Assembly: GCA_001695645.1 (NCBI GenBank)
Contig: LVZN01000022.1
Span: forward strand, 1 to 28,240
Direction of reading: 5' to 3'
DNA length: 28,240 nucleotides
Source: Erysipelotrichaceae bacterium MTC7
Lineage (GTDB): Bacteria > Bacillota_I > Bacilli_A > Erysipelotrichales > Erysipelotrichaceae
Below, piece by piece: positions 25,495 to 28,240 of the stretch (its first letter is position 1; the number at the start of each line of letters is the position of its first letter). The position numbers and the translations under genes were made by a program. Under the pieces are notes generated by a model. That model was not told where the DNA came from. It made no database searches and saw nothing but the letters and a program-made list of their open reading frames with translations.

Positions 25495-26193
25495 CTATAC
25501 TAAGAACATCAATAAGACAGATAGTCCATTGTACAATGCATGTCCAACAATTGGTGCATAAATACTTTGGGTATCATCGTAAATTTTCGAGAATAAAACA
25601 CCCATAACTGCGTACAATACAATATACACAACATCAACCATATCTCCTGAAATTAAGGATCCTAATACATGCATTAGACCAAATATAACACCAGATACAA
25701 TTGCTGAAAACATAAATCCATATTTATCGCGTAAATCGCGGAAAATCACACCACGGAATACGATTTCCTCTAAGATTGGGGCAAAGATAACAGTTGCTAT
25801 ACTTTGCAGTACCATATTTTGATTAAACATCGCACTCACTTCTTCTTGATTTGCACTAGTTGTTGTTTCCGTTAGTACCGAGATCAATCCACCAATGACA
25901 ATGTTAGCTAGATATAGCAAACCAATGACGATCAGTATGGAACGAAACGCATCACCAAAATTCACCTTGCGTTCAGCTTTTAACAATGGCAAGGCTAAGT
26001 AAATCGCAACAAGAGCTCCAATTACATACGTAAAAAACAATAAGTTGACTTCGTTATAAGCATTCATTAGTTGCAGTAGTAAACCAACAATAAGTGGCAC
26101 AACAACTAACCAACCAACAAAATACCATGAAAGTAAACCAATTTGACGTTTTGATGACAATATTTTTCTTGAAAAGATACTATTTGAATTCAT
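25495..26193 (-). CDS. CPBP-family intramembrane glutamic endopeptidase (CAAX protease/Abi family)
   Basis: This is a polytopic membrane protein with the motifs EEIVFRG, FGLMH and HALYN. An AAGGAG SD lies inside the 3' end of mnmA, with a 14-nt overlap. Confidence 0.85.
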   Translation of the reverse strand: MNSNSIFSRKILSSKRQIGLLSWYFVGWLVVVPLIVGLLLQLMNAYNEVNLLFFTYVIGALVAIYLALPLLKAERKVNFGDAFRSILIVIGLLYLANIVIGGLISVLTETTTSANQEEVSAMFNQNMVLQSIATVIFAPILEEIVFRGVIFRDLRDKYGFMFSAIVSGVIFGLMHVLGSLISGDMVDVVYIVLYAVMGVLFSKIYDDTQSIYAPIVGHALYNGLSVLLMFLV

Positions 26194-27352
26194 TGCGTTT
26201 CTCCTTTATTGCTTGATGAACATCGATATTTTCTTGGTTGTAGACTTCTTCAATCACACCACCACCAAGACAAGCATCACCATCATAGAAAACCGCTTCT
26301 TGACCCGGTGTCACTGCTGCAACACCTTGAGGATACGTAACCAAAACTTCATCTGCACTGATTGTATGAATGATAACTTCGTTATCCTTTTGGCGATATC
26401 TAAATTTCGCTGTTGCATTACGTTTTTCTGGTTGTTTCTCACTAGAAAACCAGTTCACACCAACAACTTTACATGAAGTTGAATACAACCAAGGATTGTC
26501 TTCTTTTGCAGCTACGTATAGTTCATTTGCTTCCACATCTTTACCGACAACAAACCAAGGGCCACCTTCTCCACCAATGCCCAAACCTTTACGTTGACCA
26601 ATCGTGTAGTATAAGACTCCAATATGTTCCCCTAAATCACGTCCTGTATCAATATCAATAATACGGCCGTTTTTAGCTGGGATGTAGTTTGTTAGAAAGT
26701 CTCTAAAGTTTCTTTCACCAATAAAACAAATACCAGTTGAGTCTTTCTTTGTTGCGACATTTAAATCCAATTCTTTAGCAATTTCACGAACGCGTGGTTT
26801 ATCAATATCACCAATTGGAAATAAAGCTTGTGCAAGTGCATCTTGTGAGATTTGGCATAAGAAATAGGTTTGATCCTTATTGCTATCATGACCGCGTAAC
26901 ATGACACTTTCATCATCGTTATGTACGACTCTTGCATAATGTCCCGTTGCGACATAATCAAAACCGTTTGCCTTGGCAAACTGCAGAAAGCTATCAAATT
27001 TTATATATTTATTGCATAAGATATCAGGGTTTGGTGTTCTTCCTTTTTTATATTCATCAATGAAGTATGTAAATACTTGGTTCCAGTACTCTTCAACAAA
27101 GTCGACGCGTAACAGTTCTAAACCAAGTTTATCAGCAACTTTCTTTGCGTCGTTGTAATCCTCTTCTTGTGGACAAATATCATTTTGAATGGTTGGGTTT
27201 CCAGCAATATCATTGTTGGCATACGCATCCCAATTGCGCATAAAGGCACAAGTAATATCATATCCTTGTTCTTTTAATAAATAAGCAGCGACAGCGCTAT
27301 CCACACCACCTGATAATCCGACTAGTATCTTTGCATTTTTTAAATCTTTCAT
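26180..27352 (-). CDS. mnmA: tRNA 2-thiouridine(34) synthase MnmA
   Basis: The ORF has the PP-loop ILVGLSGGVDSAVAA, GRTPNPDILCNKYIKF, DSTGICFIGE and ATGHYAR. Alignment from memory with B. subtilis MnmA supports the ATG at 27352. The ORF-track start at 27427 is over-extended through a terminator. Confidence 0.92.
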   Translation of the reverse strand: MKDLKNAKILVGLSGGVDSAVAAYLLKEQGYDITCAFMRNWDAYANNDIAGNPTIQNDICPQEEDYNDAKKVADKLGLELLRVDFVEEYWNQVFTYFIDEYKKGRTPNPDILCNKYIKFDSFLQFAKANGFDYVATGHYARVVHNDDESVMLRGHDSNKDQTYFLCQISQDALAQALFPIGDIDKPRVREIAKELDLNVATKKDSTGICFIGERNFRDFLTNYIPAKNGRIIDIDTGRDLGEHIGVLYYTIGQRKGLGIGGEGGPWFVVGKDVEANELYVAAKEDNPWLYSTSCKVVGVNWFSSEKQPEKRNATAKFRYRQKDNEVIIHTISADEVLVTYPQGVAAVTPGQEAVFYDGDACLGGGVIEEVYNQENIDVHQAIKEKRNEFK

Positions 27353-27361
27353 ACGGCTTAT

Positions 27362-27370
27362 ATTATACCA
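27362..27370 (-). promoter_or_regulatory. Extended -10 promoter (TGgTATAAT) 9 nt before the mnmA ATG
   Basis: The minus strand reads TGGTATAAT-ataagccgt-ATG. There is no purine-rich SD in the 9-nt gap. Confidence 0.5.
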
Positions 27371-27376
27371 TAAATG

Positions 27377-27412
27377 AAAAAAAGTACAGTATTTGCTTTC
27401 CAACTGTACTTT
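27377..27412 (-). terminator. Intrinsic terminator of the GyrI-like gene
   Basis: The minus strand reads AAAGTACAGT-N12-ACTGTACTTT running into T7, beginning 6 nt after the stop at 27418. Confidence 0.8.
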
Positions 27413-27417
27413 TCTTG

Positions 27418-28053
27418 TTATAAACATTTACAAATCGGGTGACGAATAACCGTTCGTAGCTTCTCGGGTTTTGCTTTTCTTGGATCCCCCAGATATATTT
27501 CATGGTGATGACGTGTATCACTAATACCAAGTTGATATCCTTCTTCTTTCATAAATGCATCCATTTTCGCAATGGTTGCAGGTTCATCATCATATGGTCC
27601 AATATGCATACACTGTACACACATACCTTCATCATAGACAAAAAACTCAACATTACGAAAGTCTTTTCCTTTCTTTTTAGATGCAGTTTTGATTGCCCAA
27701 GTGACATCTTCCTCTTTTATAAAATCAGGAATACGTATCAAAGAAATATACTCAAATAAATCCTTACGTGAATAATCAAATCCTTTAATATCGGTTTGCC
27801 ACCATAAACCTTCTAATGGAGGTACTACATATTTATAATAGCCTTCCATCTTATAGTCGCTCATATAACTCATTTTCAAAGTAAATGCAATTGCATATAA
27901 AGCTTCAATACATAGACTATAATCACCATTTGGATCGTTTGGATCACCTTTTCCCCTTACTGCGATAAACTGCATTTTAGGCACATTTATTATGGTTGGT
28001 TTCTTTGGTGGCGTATATAATTCTTTTTCCGTTTTTTTAAAATCTACACTCAT
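27418..28053 (-). CDS. GyrI-like (SbmC/AraC effector-binding fold) small-molecule-binding domain protein
   Basis: The 211-aa ORF starts MSVDFKKTEKELYTPPKKPTIINVPKMQFIAVRGKGDPN and continues ...PLEGLWW...HEIYLGDPRK, typical of stand-alone GyrI-like proteins. An AAGGAG SD lies 7 nt upstream. The ORF-track start at 28239 runs through the 5S rRNA. Confidence 0.8.
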   Translation of the reverse strand: MSVDFKKTEKELYTPPKKPTIINVPKMQFIAVRGKGDPNDPNGDYSLCIEALYAIAFTLKMSYMSDYKMEGYYKYVVPPLEGLWWQTDIKGFDYSRKDLFEYISLIRIPDFIKEEDVTWAIKTASKKKGKDFRNVEFFVYDEGMCVQCMHIGPYDDEPATIAKMDAFMKEEGYQLGISDTRHHHEIYLGDPRKAKPEKLRTVIRHPICKCL

Positions 28054-28072
28054 GACACAACTCCTTTTTCTT

Positions 28073-28081
28073 AGTATAGCA
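28073..28081 (-). promoter_or_regulatory. Extended -10 promoter (TGcTATACT) for the GyrI-like gene
   Basis: The motif is read on the minus strand, between the 5S terminator and the SD. Confidence 0.45.
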
Positions 28082-28102
28082 TACGCCTCTAACAACAAAT
28101 AT

Positions 28103-28128
28103 AAAAAAAGACATCCGAATGGATGTCT
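28103..28128 (-). terminator. Intrinsic terminator of the rRNA operon
   Basis: The minus strand reads AGACATCC-ATTC-GGATGTCT followed by T7, a few nt after the 5S 3' end. Confidence 0.85.
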
Positions 28129-28133
28129 AATCA

Positions 28134-28240
28134 ACTGGCGATTTGCTATTTTCACTTGGGCATGCCAAGCTATCGTCGCCGTTAAAGTGCTTAACTTCTG
28201 TGTTCGAGATGGGAACAGGTGTGTCCACTTTGCCATCATC
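28134..28240 (-). rRNA. rrf: 5S ribosomal RNA, 5' end truncated by the window edge
   Basis: The minus strand reads ...GATGATGGCAAAGTGGACACACCTGTTCCCATCTCGAACACAGAAGTTAAGCACTTTAACGGCGACGATAGCTTGG...AAATCGCCAGTT. This contains the universal 5S loop segments CCGTTCCCAT.CCGAACACGGAAGTTAAGC (compare B. subtilis 5S). Roughly 6-8 nt of the 5' end lie beyond position 28240. Confidence 0.92.

Noticed and set aside
27353-27427. A 25-codon extension of MnmA (MFITRKVQLE...).
   Set aside because: It reads through the upstream gene's intrinsic terminator hairpin and the -10 box. The PP-loop N-terminus aligns from the ATG at 27352.
1-28240. A search for a novel defence, mobile or biosynthetic system: CRISPR repeats, transposase or integrase genes, long direct or inverted repeats, toxin-antitoxin pairs and clustered unknown genes.
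   Set aside because: None was found. Every gene but two (6768-7523 and 22732-23172) has a confident housekeeping or generic family assignment. Those two unknowns are isolated single genes in different operons.

Overview
This is an AT-rich, Bacillota-type chromosomal core segment. I call 30 protein genes. 28 are on the minus strand; only ispH and a Na/Pi-cotransporter gene are on the plus strand. A partial 5S rRNA gene sits at the right edge on the minus strand, so an rRNA operon should lie just beyond 28240, with this block transcribed leftwards away from it. There is one alanine T-box leader in front of alaS. There are also several intrinsic terminators and sigma-A-type promoters, most with an extended -10 (TGnTATAAT). 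Gene order reproduces, from memory, the Bacillus subtilis yqf/yqe/yrr neighbourhoods: cshB-nfo, ispH, rpsU, rsmE-mtaB, scpA-scpB-rluB, ruvAB, greA, mltG-DUF1292-ruvX-ireB-alaS, recD2 and mnmA. I see no transposase, integrase, phage, CRISPR, restriction, toxin-antitoxin or other defence signature. I see no repeats beyond short palindromes. My assessment is that this is ordinary housekeeping DNA, and I do not find a convincing novel multi-gene system. The items most worth a second look are: (1) an unrecognisable 251-aa gene translationally coupled into the otherwise conserved rsmE-mtaB pair; (2) ispH and mnmA, which both lack a Shine-Dalgarno and have a consensus -10 box 6-9 nt before the ATG, suggesting leaderless mRNAs; (3) a Mef/DHA3-like MFS gene whose 3' end carries the alaS T-box promoter; (4) an orphan putative lipoprotein; (5) several ORF-track starts that are over-extended into regulatory RNA or the 5S rRNA. 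All homology statements come from reading the translations and recalling family motifs. No searches were run.
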